Part shown: positions 51,543 to 60,984 of the stretch, in pieces
Position numbering within the stretch: position 1 is the first letter of the stretch
Layout: every line of letters starts with the position of its first letter
Assembly (NCBI GenBank): GCA_963662585.1
Contig: OY759729.1
Coordinates: 1,024,001 to 1,088,000, forward strand
Length of the DNA: 64,000 bases
Direction of reading: 5' to 3'
DNA from: Candidatus Cloacimonadales bacterium
GTDB taxonomy: Bacteria; Cloacimonadota; Cloacimonadia; Cloacimonadales; JAFGVF01
Notes under the pieces: model-generated
Told to the model about the DNA's origin: nothing
Databases searched by the model: none
The model's input: the letters and a program-made list of their open reading frames with translations, nothing else
Made by a program: the position numbers and the translations under genes

Positions 51543-52337
51543 AATTTGAAACCTCCAAATTACAATTTATTTTCTAATATTTGTAAGAATCTACTGGATT
51601 CGCCAGTGATACTTGTTTCAAAACTCTTAAATTCTTGTACTTCTCTCTCATTTTTTCCATCCCAAAACATTGGTTCACCTCGGTTTTTAACAATCATTAA
51701 ATTCCCACTTAAACTGCTAAACATAAGCATTTTCTCCTATATAAATTTATTAATTATTTCACTCAAAAATATGCATTTATACTATAAGCACAATTATATG
51801 AATACGATTTGATATAAAGCAGACCAAATTGTCAAGTTTTTTATTTTTTTTTACTTTTTATTTAATTTATCCTATTTTAAACCTATTATTAAGACTATTT
51901 TATCGATTATTGAGCTTTTTTTCACAATTTCATATTTTGCAACGAAATAATTTTTATTAGTACTTTTCTATTATTATCTATAGCTCTGTATATCATATAT
52001 TTAACAATATTTATTTTTTATCAAATATTTATATTTCTCTTATTTTTTGCCTACTATTCACTTTTTTGACTCACAATAAAAATGAAATAATTTTTTCAAT
52101 AATTACTAGCTGTCTACTTTCATTACATCTGTTTACAGTAGCACAATGGTTGAGGAAATAATGGCCAATTTACCAACTATTCCCTGAATTTCCCCTTTAC
52201 CTGGTAAATCAGGAAGTTGTTGAAGCTATATTTTTGTTGATTAAGCGAAATAGACAAATCATTATACAAGTTTAATGCTTTAATTAAAGTTGCTATATAC
52301 CCAAACTCTTCACTGCCCTATATATAAAAAATATTCT

Positions 52338-52594
52338 GTAGAGACCTTGCATGGTAGAGTAGAGACCTTGCATGTTAAGTAGAGACCTTGCATGTTAAGT
52401 AGAGACCTTGCATGTTAAGTAGAGACCTTGCATGTTAAGTAGAGACCTTGCATGTTAAGTAGAGACCTTGCATGTTAAGTAGAGACCTTGCATGTTAAGT
52501 AGAGACCTTGCATGTTAAGTAGAGACCTTGCATGTTAAGTAGAGACCTTGCATGTTAAGTAGAGACCTTGCATGCAAGGTCTCTACTTAACATG
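52338..52594. repeat. Tandem array of a 20-bp half-palindrome ending in a 44-bp perfect palindrome
   Basis: One variant unit at 52338, then ten exact GTAGAGACCTTGCATGTTAA (52359-52558). The palindrome CATGTTAAGTAGAGACCTTGCATGCAAGGTCTCTACTTAACATG spans 52551-52594. Confidence 0.95.
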
Positions 52595-52666
52595 GTAAAG
52601 CAAAGTATTTTAAGGGTTTTATTATCTCATTACCAGAGTTTTTAAAGTTATTATAGCTTAACATGG

Positions 52667-52760
52667 CTTGGTCGCCCTCTCTTCCTTCTCTCTCAAGTCG
52701 AATATTATTTGATTATTATTCAAATTGAGTGAGAAGGAGGAGAGGGAAAGTAGTTGAAGA
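52667..52760 (+). repeat. Degenerate ~93-bp hairpin element, copy B
   Basis: Aligns with the reverse complement of 976..1068; arms CCTTCTCTCTCAA and TTGAGTGAGAAGG pair with one mismatch. Confidence 0.6.
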
Positions 52761-52951
52761 CCATTGATTAAGAAGAAAAAGTAGCTACAATATAAATATC
52801 ATTATCCATTGATTAGCAGAATCTTAACACTATTTTCATATAATTTTAATATAATTTTAATAATTTTTTAACTTTTTACTTGACTAAATTGTAACGAATC
52901 TTTACAAATGCTAATACAAAGTTTACACTAAGATAATTCACTTATAAATTA

Positions 52952-55900
52952 ATGAATGAGGTTGTCATGGAAATTGGTACTAACCAAGCTATGGAGAAGT
53001 ATATAGTCGAGAAAATATCAAGGCTATCCGAGCTGATAAATAAATTAGAAGAGAAAGGATCGTCCTTAATTGAAGTTACTGGTAATTCAGGAACTGGGAA
53101 ATCCCTTTTATTTAAGAATCTTATCCGGAGATTAGAGAGTAAAGATAATTATTATCATATTTTAACTCCCCACATCTTTGGTCAGAATCATTTTAAAAAT
53201 TTCGTGCAATTAATGACAGGAATTAGCGATAAAGATTTCAAAATGATTCATGATTTAAGTAAGGAATATAAGACAGGTCAGAAATATGATTTCTTTTATT
53301 TCTTCAGTGAACAGTTGAAGCTCAGGGATTATGCTAGACCATGTATAATATTAATTGATGATTGTGATTTACTAGATAATTATACTAAAGATTTCATCCA
53401 GTACATTATCAACTACTGGCATGATATACCCTTAAAAGTTGTTGCTTTTACACCAAAGAGCAATTTTACTTTTTCCGAGAAATTCACTCTAGATTTTCTC
53501 TCTCAAGAGGATATTGTTAAGATACTTACAGTTAGTTTCCCAAATATGAAGAGTGATTTCCAAAATGAAGCTGAGATTATAAAAAACATTTCTAAGGGGA
53601 ATTTATACATAGTAAACTATATTGTTTCGAGTCTATCAAAGAGTAAGGGAGTTTTAGATTTAACCAAGTTCATAGATAAGAATTTAGATAGCTTTAAAAT
53701 TCATAGTCAAATTATTGAGTCTTTAACAGAGATCCAGAAGGATATACTATTCTATATATATTTACTTGATAATCATGCTGAGACAAGGATTTTGCAAAAG
53801 ATCTTTCCAGATAAATTAGACAAGAACTTAGAGATATTAGAAAAATCTTTTTTAATCATTAATCACAAAGGTAATTATTACATTCATAAAGTTACTTCAT
53901 ATAAGGCTTATTTTGATACCTTACCAATCAAAAATTATCAAGCTAAAATTGAGCAATGTGTAGAAATTTTGCAACAGTTTAATTTAGAGCCTTATAATCT
54001 TGTAAACTACTATATTTTATTGAATAACCACAATTCTGATCTTTTTGAAAAAGCTCTAGAAGAGTTAACTTCTTTATATGATTACGAGAGTAAAATTGCT
54101 TTGTTAAAATTCCTTTTCTCGAAATACAAGAAAATTGAGAAAAAACTGGAGATAATTAAGCAGTTAGGTCTAGCTCACATAGATTTAAATGAGAATGAAA
54201 AAGCTGTAGATTATTTCAGAGAATATCTTCATATCTGTAGCAAACATAGTTTACCAGAGCCTGAGATTATTTTCTATCTTGCAACAGCCCTTTATAATTC
54301 CAATTCATCAAACTTTGCTTTGGAAATAATTAAACAGTATTCCCCTGAGAATATTGATCTTGTTTGGAAGGTAAAAATCCTTCTACTTAAAGCTGAGATT
54401 TTAATCGAAAGTGAAGATTTTGTTGATGCTAATGAAATAATTGATGAAGTAATTAACAGTGCCTTCCAGATTGAAGACAAAAAGGTTCAATCAAATATCA
54501 TAGCAGATACAAAGAAACTCTCAGGAAAATTATATTATTTTAAGAACGATTATGATAAAGCTGCTGATTTATTTATTGATGCAGAATCATACTATAAAAA
54601 ATCAGAAAATTTCATTGGTTTAGCAGCTATATATAATAATGTTGGTGTACTATACCAGTTTAAAGGCGAATATGATAACTCTGAAGAGATGTATAAAAAG
54701 AGTTTAGAGTTAGAAAAGAATAGATATAATCTGAAAGGGATATCAGTTTGTTATAATAACCTTGGTGGATTAATGGATGATAAAGGAAATCGTAGTGAAT
54801 CTATCTATTATCTTAAAGAAGCTTTGAAGATTCAGACTCTACTCAATGAACCTTATCAAATTACCAATATCTACAATAATATGGGTGTAACCTATATGGA
54901 TGAGAAGAATTATAAACATTCTGAAGATGCTTTTAGGAAATCACTAGAGATAGCGATTAACTTTAATTTCTTCAGGGTATTAATTCCTACTTATAACAAC
55001 TTGGGAACTCTCTTTAATGCTAAGGGAGATTGGGATAAGGCTATTGAATATTATCAGAAGGCCATCGATAAGTGTTTAGAATATGATGATTTTGATGGTT
55101 TAATTATCTCTTACAGTAACCTAGGAGAGATTTATGAGAAGCGGGGTGAATTTAATATTGCTTACGATCTCTACTTTAAAGGATTAGAACTTCTTCCTAA
55201 AGTTACTGACGAGAATATTAAAGCTGACCTTTATGGGAATATTGGTTCAGTGCTTACAAGCTTGCACAAGTTCAAAGAAGCATATTCTTATTTAGTTGAG
55301 AGTTTAGATTTCTTCAAATCTGTAGATGCTAAACATAAAATAGTAGAAGGTTATCAAAAGCAAGCAATGTATTTTGTGATGACTCATAATTTCGAGAGTG
55401 CAGCCTACTATCTAAACCAAGCCTTAGCAATTGCTGAAGAGTTAAACCTTACTAATGAATTAGGTAAATCCTATTATCTTAAAGCAATCTTAGAAAGAGA
55501 TGATTATGAATCTGCTAAGAAATATATTTTGAAATCAATTGAATTATTCTTATCAAATTCCAAACAGTATGAATTAGCTCAAGCAAATTATTTACTTGCT
55601 ACTATTTTAGCTGATGAACAAGACTGGGAACAAGCTCTAGAAATATTAAATAACAACCGAAAATCTATTAAGAAATTTGGTGCTATAAAGCTTTTAGAAA
55701 AGAATGATATTTTAATAACCAATATCACTAAAGAACATAAGGCAGAGTTAGAAGGAAGTAGAAATCAGGTTGAGCTTACCAATAAATTCTATGAGATTAC
55801 TAAAGATTTAGGTACAATTACTAACTTTGATACACTGCTCGAAGAATCATCTAACAAATTAGTTGAATTCTCTGAAGCGGACAGTGCGATAGTTTGCCTC

Positions 55901-57229
55901 TATAATAATCAGGCTATTAAAGATAGTTGGCAGTATCTGAAGCTTATCAATATTGAAAAAAATGATAAGTACTTTGAGGTCATCATGGATATTGCGAAAC
56001 AATCTTATAGTTCAGCTAAGAAAATAGATCACAAGCAACCAAATTTTGCTCCGATTTATAATCATATTGTGGCCTTCCCACTTTCCTTAAGAAACAAATC
56101 TCAAGGTGTGATTATTTTAATGACCAAACATGGAACTCATTACTTCCCTGAAAAATCTACTAATATGATTTCAGCACTCTGCAACCAGATTATAGTATTG
56201 ATAGAAAACATAAGAACCTCTGACCTGGAAAGGACTCATGCTCAAATAAGAGGTGAATTGATTGAATCTAATCCTTTCAATATTATTGGTAAGAGTAAAA
56301 AAATGATGGAGATCTTTGATCTTATAAATAGAATTAAAGATACTCCAACAACTGTCTTAGTTGAAGGACCAAGTGGTACAGGTAAAGAGTTGATAGCTAG
56401 AGCTATTCATTATAGCAGTATCAGAAGAAATAAGCAGTTTATTGCCCAATATTGTGGAGCTTTACCAGAGACTCTTCTTGAATCAGAACTTTTTGGCCAT
56501 GTTAAAGGCTCTTTTACAGGTGCAGCTTATGATAAAAAGGGACTTTTTGAATTAGCTGACGGCGGTACCTTCTTCTTAGATGAAATTGCTGATATTTCAC
56601 TTTCTACTCAAGCTAAACTTCTTAGATTCTTACAAGAAGGAGAAGTTAAAAGAGTTGGTTCTACCAAAACAGAGAAGGTAAATGTTAGAGTAGTTTGTGC
56701 TACTAATGTTTCCCTCATAGATAAAGTTAAAAAGGGTGAATTTAGATTGGACCTCTATTACCGCTTGAATGTTATTAGAATTCAAGTACCAGCCTTGAGC
56801 GAAAGAAGAGATGATGTTCCTCTACTAGCAGTTCACTTCTTAGATAAATATAATAAGCATATAAATAAAGTAGTAAGTGGTATTTCCGATGAAGCCATGA
56901 CTATTCTGAAAAACTATGAATGGCCAGGAAATGTAAGACAGTTAGAAAATGAGATTGAAAGAGCTGTTACCTTAGCAGATAGTAATGCCTTTATTAAGGC
57001 AGATGATGTTTCTCCAGAATTAATTCATTTTACTGCTAATAAGACAACTATCAATCTTCTTTCTAAGCCACAATCATTGAAAGATGCTGTCGAGGAGTTA
57101 GAGATTCAGATGATTAACCAAGCTTTAGAAGAATCCGATTGGAATCAAACTCAAGCTGCAAAAACACTCGGTTTAAGTAGACAAGGATTAATTAAGAAAA
57201 TTAAGCGATACAATCTAGACCGAGAATAA
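52952..57229 (+). CDS. Sigma54-dependent enhancer-binding protein with N-terminal P-loop NTPase, TPR array and GAF-like domain
   Basis: N-terminal GNSGTGKS and ILIDD; repeated YNNLG TPRs; AAA+ GPSGTGKELIARAIH, ESELFGHVKGSFTGA, FFLDEI, FRLDLYYRLNV, WPGNVRQLEN; Fis-type HTH NQTQAAKTLGLSRQGL. The start may be ATG 52967 (GAGG RBS). Confidence 0.92.
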   Translation: MNEVVMEIGTNQAMEKYIVEKISRLSELINKLEEKGSSLIEVTGNSGTGKSLLFKNLIRRLESKDNYYHILTPHIFGQNHFKNFVQLMTGISDKDFKMIHDLSKEYKTGQKYDFFYFFSEQLKLRDYARPCIILIDDCDLLDNYTKDFIQYIINYWHDIPLKVVAFTPKSNFTFSEKFTLDFLSQEDIVKILTVSFPNMKSDFQNEAEIIKNISKGNLYIVNYIVSSLSKSKGVLDLTKFIDKNLDSFKIHSQIIESLTEIQKDILFYIYLLDNHAETRILQKIFPDKLDKNLEILEKSFLIINHKGNYYIHKVTSYKAYFDTLPIKNYQAKIEQCVEILQQFNLEPYNLVNYYILLNNHNSDLFEKALEELTSLYDYESKIALLKFLFSKYKKIEKKLEIIKQLGLAHIDLNENEKAVDYFREYLHICSKHSLPEPEIIFYLATALYNSNSSNFALEIIKQYSPENIDLVWKVKILLLKAEILIESEDFVDANEIIDEVINSAFQIEDKKVQSNIIADTKKLSGKLYYFKNDYDKAADLFIDAESYYKKSENFIGLAAIYNNVGVLYQFKGEYDNSEEMYKKSLELEKNRYNLKGISVCYNNLGGLMDDKGNRSESIYYLKEALKIQTLLNEPYQITNIYNNMGVTYMDEKNYKHSEDAFRKSLEIAINFNFFRVLIPTYNNLGTLFNAKGDWDKAIEYYQKAIDKCLEYDDFDGLIISYSNLGEIYEKRGEFNIAYDLYFKGLELLPKVTDENIKADLYGNIGSVLTSLHKFKEAYSYLVESLDFFKSVDAKHKIVEGYQKQAMYFVMTHNFESAAYYLNQALAIAEELNLTNELGKSYYLKAILERDDYESAKKYILKSIELFLSNSKQYELAQANYLLATILADEQDWEQALEILNNNRKSIKKFGAIKLLEKNDILITNITKEHKAELEGSRNQVELTNKFYEITKDLGTITNFDTLLEESSNKLVEFSEADSAIVCLYNNQAIKDSWQYLKLINIEKNDKYFEVIMDIAKQSYSSAKKIDHKQPNFAPIYNHIVAFPLSLRNKSQGVIILMTKHGTHYFPEKSTNMISALCNQIIVLIENIRTSDLERTHAQIRGELIESNPFNIIGKSKKMMEIFDLINRIKDTPTTVLVEGPSGTGKELIARAIHYSSIRRNKQFIAQYCGALPETLLESELFGHVKGSFTGAAYDKKGLFELADGGTFFLDEIADISLSTQAKLLRFLQEGEVKRVGSTKTEKVNVRVVCATNVSLIDKVKKGEFRLDLYYRLNVIRIQVPALSERRDDVPLLAVHFLDKYNKHINKVVSGISDEAMTILKNYEWPGNVRQLENEIERAVTLADSNAFIKADDVSPELIHFTANKTTINLLSKPQSLKDAVEELEIQMINQALEESDWNQTQAAKTLGLSRQGLIKKIKRYNLDRE

Positions 57230-57239
57230 GGATTGGTAA

Positions 57240-60113
57240 GTGATTAACGAAATTCTGCAAGAATTCAGTTTTGTTGCAGTAGAAATAAAAACTACAGGAA
57301 TAAAACCTGAAACAAATAATATTGTTGAAATTGGTGCTACTCTTTTCCAAAAAGGTCAAGAGATAGCCCAATTTCACTCATTTGTACAGCCTACTTTTGA
57401 GATATCTCCTGTTGCTCTTTCTGCACTAGATATCTCTCTTAATACCCTAAACCATTATGGGCAACCTTTAAAAAATGTTCTGAAAGAGCTTGATGAATTT
57501 GTGAAGGACAATACTTTACTCTTCTTCAATGATATCAATCAATCTTCCTTTTTGACTTATCATACCCTTAACCAGAATCTTACTCCATTTATAGATTATC
57601 ACTATGATCTCTATGAACTAATGAAAATCTACTTCCCCTTTGCTACTCATTTTGATCTACATGAATTAATAAGAAGCTTAGCAAGCAAACAGGAAGTAGC
57701 TAGTGGCTGTAAAGAGAATTCTAAATTGATAGGTAATTTATTTTATGAAATAATTAATTACATTGTGGATAAAATCCCCTATCCTAAAAATAGAGTTCTT
57801 TACCAGCTTGCAGCTATTGCTGGATTAGATAATGATCTTACAGCAATCTTAACCAAAATTACAGAATACCAACAAAAGACAGCTTTAGTCAAAAAACAAG
57901 ATGAGCTTACTCTCAATCCTCAAAGAAATTTCATAGATTCTCAAGTTTCAAAATCTGAATACCCTACTATCGAAAAGGTCTTAGGTCAATCTGGTCTATT
58001 TTCTGAAAAATTCCCAAATTATGAGGAAAGAGAAGGTCAGATAATGATGGCTAAAGCGGTTGAGAAAGCCTTTACTGATGATCAACTGCTTTTGGTAGAA
58101 GCTGGAACTGGTGTGGGAAAATCATTTGCTTATTTAATCCCAGCAATAGAATACTCTACCCGTAATAAATGCAAGGTAGTTATCTCAACTAATACTAAAA
58201 ATTTGCAGGAACAGCTTTTCTTTAAAGATATTCCAACTTTAGCAGAGATTCTACCTGTAAATTTTAAAGCTCTGATAGTGAAAGGTAGAGAGAATTATAT
58301 CTGCTTAAATCGCTGGTTAGAAACAAGTCTTAATACTCAATCACTTACCCGCTACGAAGCTCAAGGTCTACTTTATTTAGTGGTGTGGCAACATCTAACT
58401 CAAACAGGGGATATTTCTGAAAATAACTCCTTCGATAAGACAAAATTCCCCGCCTCATGGAGACTAGTAGTTTCAGAAAGATATTTCTGTGGAGGAATGA
58501 ATAGATGCCCCAATAGTGGGAAATGCCATGTAATGTTTATCAAAAAGAAATTAGAAGAAGCAGGTATTGTTGTTGTGAATCATTCTCTACTTCTCTCTGA
58601 TTTAATGAATGAGAAAAAAACTTTAGGTGAATATAGTCGTGTTATTATCGATGAGGCTCATAATCTTCCTACAGTAGCAGGTAAGCATCTAGGCTTTAGT
58701 CTTACTTATTTTGATATTAACCAACTCCTTAACCATATCGTTTTTATTAAACAAAAAAAGAATATTGGCCTCTTACCCAACTTCCTAAATATTATTGAAA
58801 ATACTCTTCGCGATACTGAATCTGCTAAATCATCTTTCCTTTCTCAAGGAAACTCTATAATAGAATTCATTGCAGAAAATAAAAAACTATTCTCAGATAC
58901 TTTTGATAAACTATCTCATATAACTGAAGACAGGGGATCTTACGGAAAGTTCAGACTTAAAGACAGCAAAGTAATTCCTGATTTTGAGTCTGATTTTACC
59001 CAGTTGAGAAATACTTGGAATCAGCTTTGTCAGAAGTTCTTTAATCTGACTGAATTATTGAGGATAACATCTAAAGACATCATTCACGATTATGATAGAT
59101 ACCTCTCTGATTTTGATGGAATTTATCAACAACTAAGCGATATCCAAGAATCACTTACCAAATTAGCAAATCCAGAATGGTCAGACTATGTTATTTGGTT
59201 AGAACAAATCTCTTCTAAAACAAGTGATTTCCCTTTAGTTATTATTAACTATGCCCCAATTGAGGTCAATGAAAAGCTACATGGCTTCCTATATAACGCT
59301 GTTGATACCCTAATTATGACTTCAGCTACTCTTGCCATTAGAGGAGTATTTAAGTTCTTCATGAATCAATCTGGACTAGCTCTTCTAAAAGACAAAGCAA
59401 TTGAGCAAATAATAGTCCCTTCCCCTTTTGATTATGATAAGCAATCAAAACTCTTTCTAACAAGTTTCTTGCCTTTCCCTAAAGATAGTTTTTATGTAGA
59501 TCAATCTCTGAAAATTCTCAATACCTTGATTTCTAACACTAAACAAGGTAGCATGGTTCTTTTTACATCCTATAAAGACCTAAATTATGCTTTCAGAGAA
59601 TTACAAGAACCTCTCTACGAACAAGGAATTAAACTTCTTGCTCAAGGTATTTCAGGTAGTAGAAACTCCATTCTCAATGAATTCAAAAGAAATAAGAATT
59701 CTGTTCTATTAGGAACTTCATCCTTCTGGGAAGGAGTAGATGTCCAGGGAGATTCCCTATCTCAACTAATAGTCTTTAAACTTCCCTTCCAAGTTCCTTC
59801 TGAACCTTTAGTAGAAGCCTATATCGAGAAATTAGAAGCACAAAATAAAAACTCCTTTATGCACTTTATGCTCCCAAACGCTTTACTTAAAGTCAGACAG
59901 GGTTTCGGAAGATTAATCAGAAGTAAACAAGATAAAGGTGTTGTGATAATCTTAGATAAAAGAGTCATTACTACAAAATATGGTAATTATTTTCAACAAA
60001 TTCTACCTTGCAAACTACAGGTTGTTAGTTCAGACTTAGAATTAGTAGATTTAACTAATAAATTCTTTAACACTTTAGAGGATAAAAGTAATGTACACTT
60101 CCCTGATTTCTAA
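57240..60113 (+). CDS. dinG: DinG/YoaA-family Fe-S helicase with an N-terminal degenerate DnaQ-like exonuclease domain
   Basis: YEEREGQ, EAGTGVGKS, KGRENYIC, C...C...C cluster, IIDEAH, TSATL, SPFDY, LFTSY, FWEGVD, KLPF, QGFGRLIR. The N-terminus reads FVAVEIKTTG. Confidence 0.9.
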   Translation: MINEILQEFSFVAVEIKTTGIKPETNNIVEIGATLFQKGQEIAQFHSFVQPTFEISPVALSALDISLNTLNHYGQPLKNVLKELDEFVKDNTLLFFNDINQSSFLTYHTLNQNLTPFIDYHYDLYELMKIYFPFATHFDLHELIRSLASKQEVASGCKENSKLIGNLFYEIINYIVDKIPYPKNRVLYQLAAIAGLDNDLTAILTKITEYQQKTALVKKQDELTLNPQRNFIDSQVSKSEYPTIEKVLGQSGLFSEKFPNYEEREGQIMMAKAVEKAFTDDQLLLVEAGTGVGKSFAYLIPAIEYSTRNKCKVVISTNTKNLQEQLFFKDIPTLAEILPVNFKALIVKGRENYICLNRWLETSLNTQSLTRYEAQGLLYLVVWQHLTQTGDISENNSFDKTKFPASWRLVVSERYFCGGMNRCPNSGKCHVMFIKKKLEEAGIVVVNHSLLLSDLMNEKKTLGEYSRVIIDEAHNLPTVAGKHLGFSLTYFDINQLLNHIVFIKQKKNIGLLPNFLNIIENTLRDTESAKSSFLSQGNSIIEFIAENKKLFSDTFDKLSHITEDRGSYGKFRLKDSKVIPDFESDFTQLRNTWNQLCQKFFNLTELLRITSKDIIHDYDRYLSDFDGIYQQLSDIQESLTKLANPEWSDYVIWLEQISSKTSDFPLVIINYAPIEVNEKLHGFLYNAVDTLIMTSATLAIRGVFKFFMNQSGLALLKDKAIEQIIVPSPFDYDKQSKLFLTSFLPFPKDSFYVDQSLKILNTLISNTKQGSMVLFTSYKDLNYAFRELQEPLYEQGIKLLAQGISGSRNSILNEFKRNKNSVLLGTSSFWEGVDVQGDSLSQLIVFKLPFQVPSEPLVEAYIEKLEAQNKNSFMHFMLPNALLKVRQGFGRLIRSKQDKGVVIILDKRVITTKYGNYFQQILPCKLQVVSSDLELVDLTNKFFNTLEDKSNVHFPDF

Positions 60114-60984
60114 ATACCCTCCTGAGTTCCTAAGTGAAAATGAAGCCCTTAGTGCACATACTTCTTTTAAAATAGGGGGACCTGCAGATATATTCTTAAC
60201 CCCCAATACCCTAGAACTTCTACAAGAGATGATTTCGGTCATTCAGTCCAATAATTTTAGATATATGATACTTGGTGGAGGCAATAATCTTCTCTTCTCA
60301 GATCAAGGATTTAGAGGTGTCATAGTATCTACTGGAAAATTAGATAAAATTATCATAGATGATAATAAGCTCAGAGTCCTATGTGGTACTTCCTTACGAG
60401 ATTTGACTAACTACTGCTTGGATAATTCTCTTTCAGGACTAGAATTTGCCTGCGGAATCCCTGGAAGTGTCGGAGGAGCAGTCTTTATGAATGCTGGAGC
60501 TTATGGTGGAGAGATGAAAGATGTAATTTCTTCAGTAGATTATCTCAACCACGAAAATGAAGTAAAAAATCATGGCCATTCTGGTCATAATTTCTCTTAT
60601 CGCTCAAGCATTTATCAACAAAGACATTATCTAGTCCTTCAAGCAGAATTTCAACTTACTCCCAAAAATCAAGAAGAGATAAAAGCTGAAATGGAAGATT
60701 TACAAGCTAGAAGAGAATCCAAACAACCTTTAGAATACCCAAGTGCTGGCTCTGTTTTTCGCCGACCAGAAGGGCACTTTGTAGGTAAACTTATCGATGA
60801 TTGCGGATTGAGAGGTTTCTCTATTGGTGGAGCGCAAATCTCGGAAAAACACTCTGGATTTATTATCAATAAAGGCGGAGCAACATCTCAGAATGTTCAA
60901 GATTTGATTCAGCTTATTCAAGAGACTGTTAAATGTAAGTTTGGGGTTGAACTACATACTGAGGTGAGAATAATAGGGAATTGA
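60091..60984 (+). CDS. murB: UDP-N-acetylenolpyruvoylglucosamine reductase
   Basis: HTSFKIGGPAD, GGGNNLL, GLEFACGIPGSVGGAVFMNAGAYG, FSYRSS, KQPLEYPSAGSVF, SEKHSGFIIN, LHTEV. Confidence 0.97.
   Translation: MYTSLISKYPPEFLSENEALSAHTSFKIGGPADIFLTPNTLELLQEMISVIQSNNFRYMILGGGNNLLFSDQGFRGVIVSTGKLDKIIIDDNKLRVLCGTSLRDLTNYCLDNSLSGLEFACGIPGSVGGAVFMNAGAYGGEMKDVISSVDYLNHENEVKNHGHSGHNFSYRSSIYQQRHYLVLQAEFQLTPKNQEEIKAEMEDLQARRESKQPLEYPSAGSVFRRPEGHFVGKLIDDCGLRGFSIGGAQISEKHSGFIINKGGATSQNVQDLIQLIQETVKCKFGVELHTEVRIIGN

Noticed and set aside
51528..51812. 94-aa plus-strand ORF
   Set aside because: It overlaps the giant gene's start and leader on the opposite strand, has no RBS, and has an AT-driven composition.
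51543..52337. Sigma54 -24/-12 promoter for the giant gene
   Set aside because: No good TGGCAC-N5-TTGC match on either strand (the closest, TAGCACAATGGTTGA, lacks the invariant bases). A minus-strand TTGACA at 51830-35 suggests sigma70 instead.
52338..52594. CRISPR array
   Set aside because: The units are contiguous identical 20-mers with no spacers, and there are no cas genes in the window.
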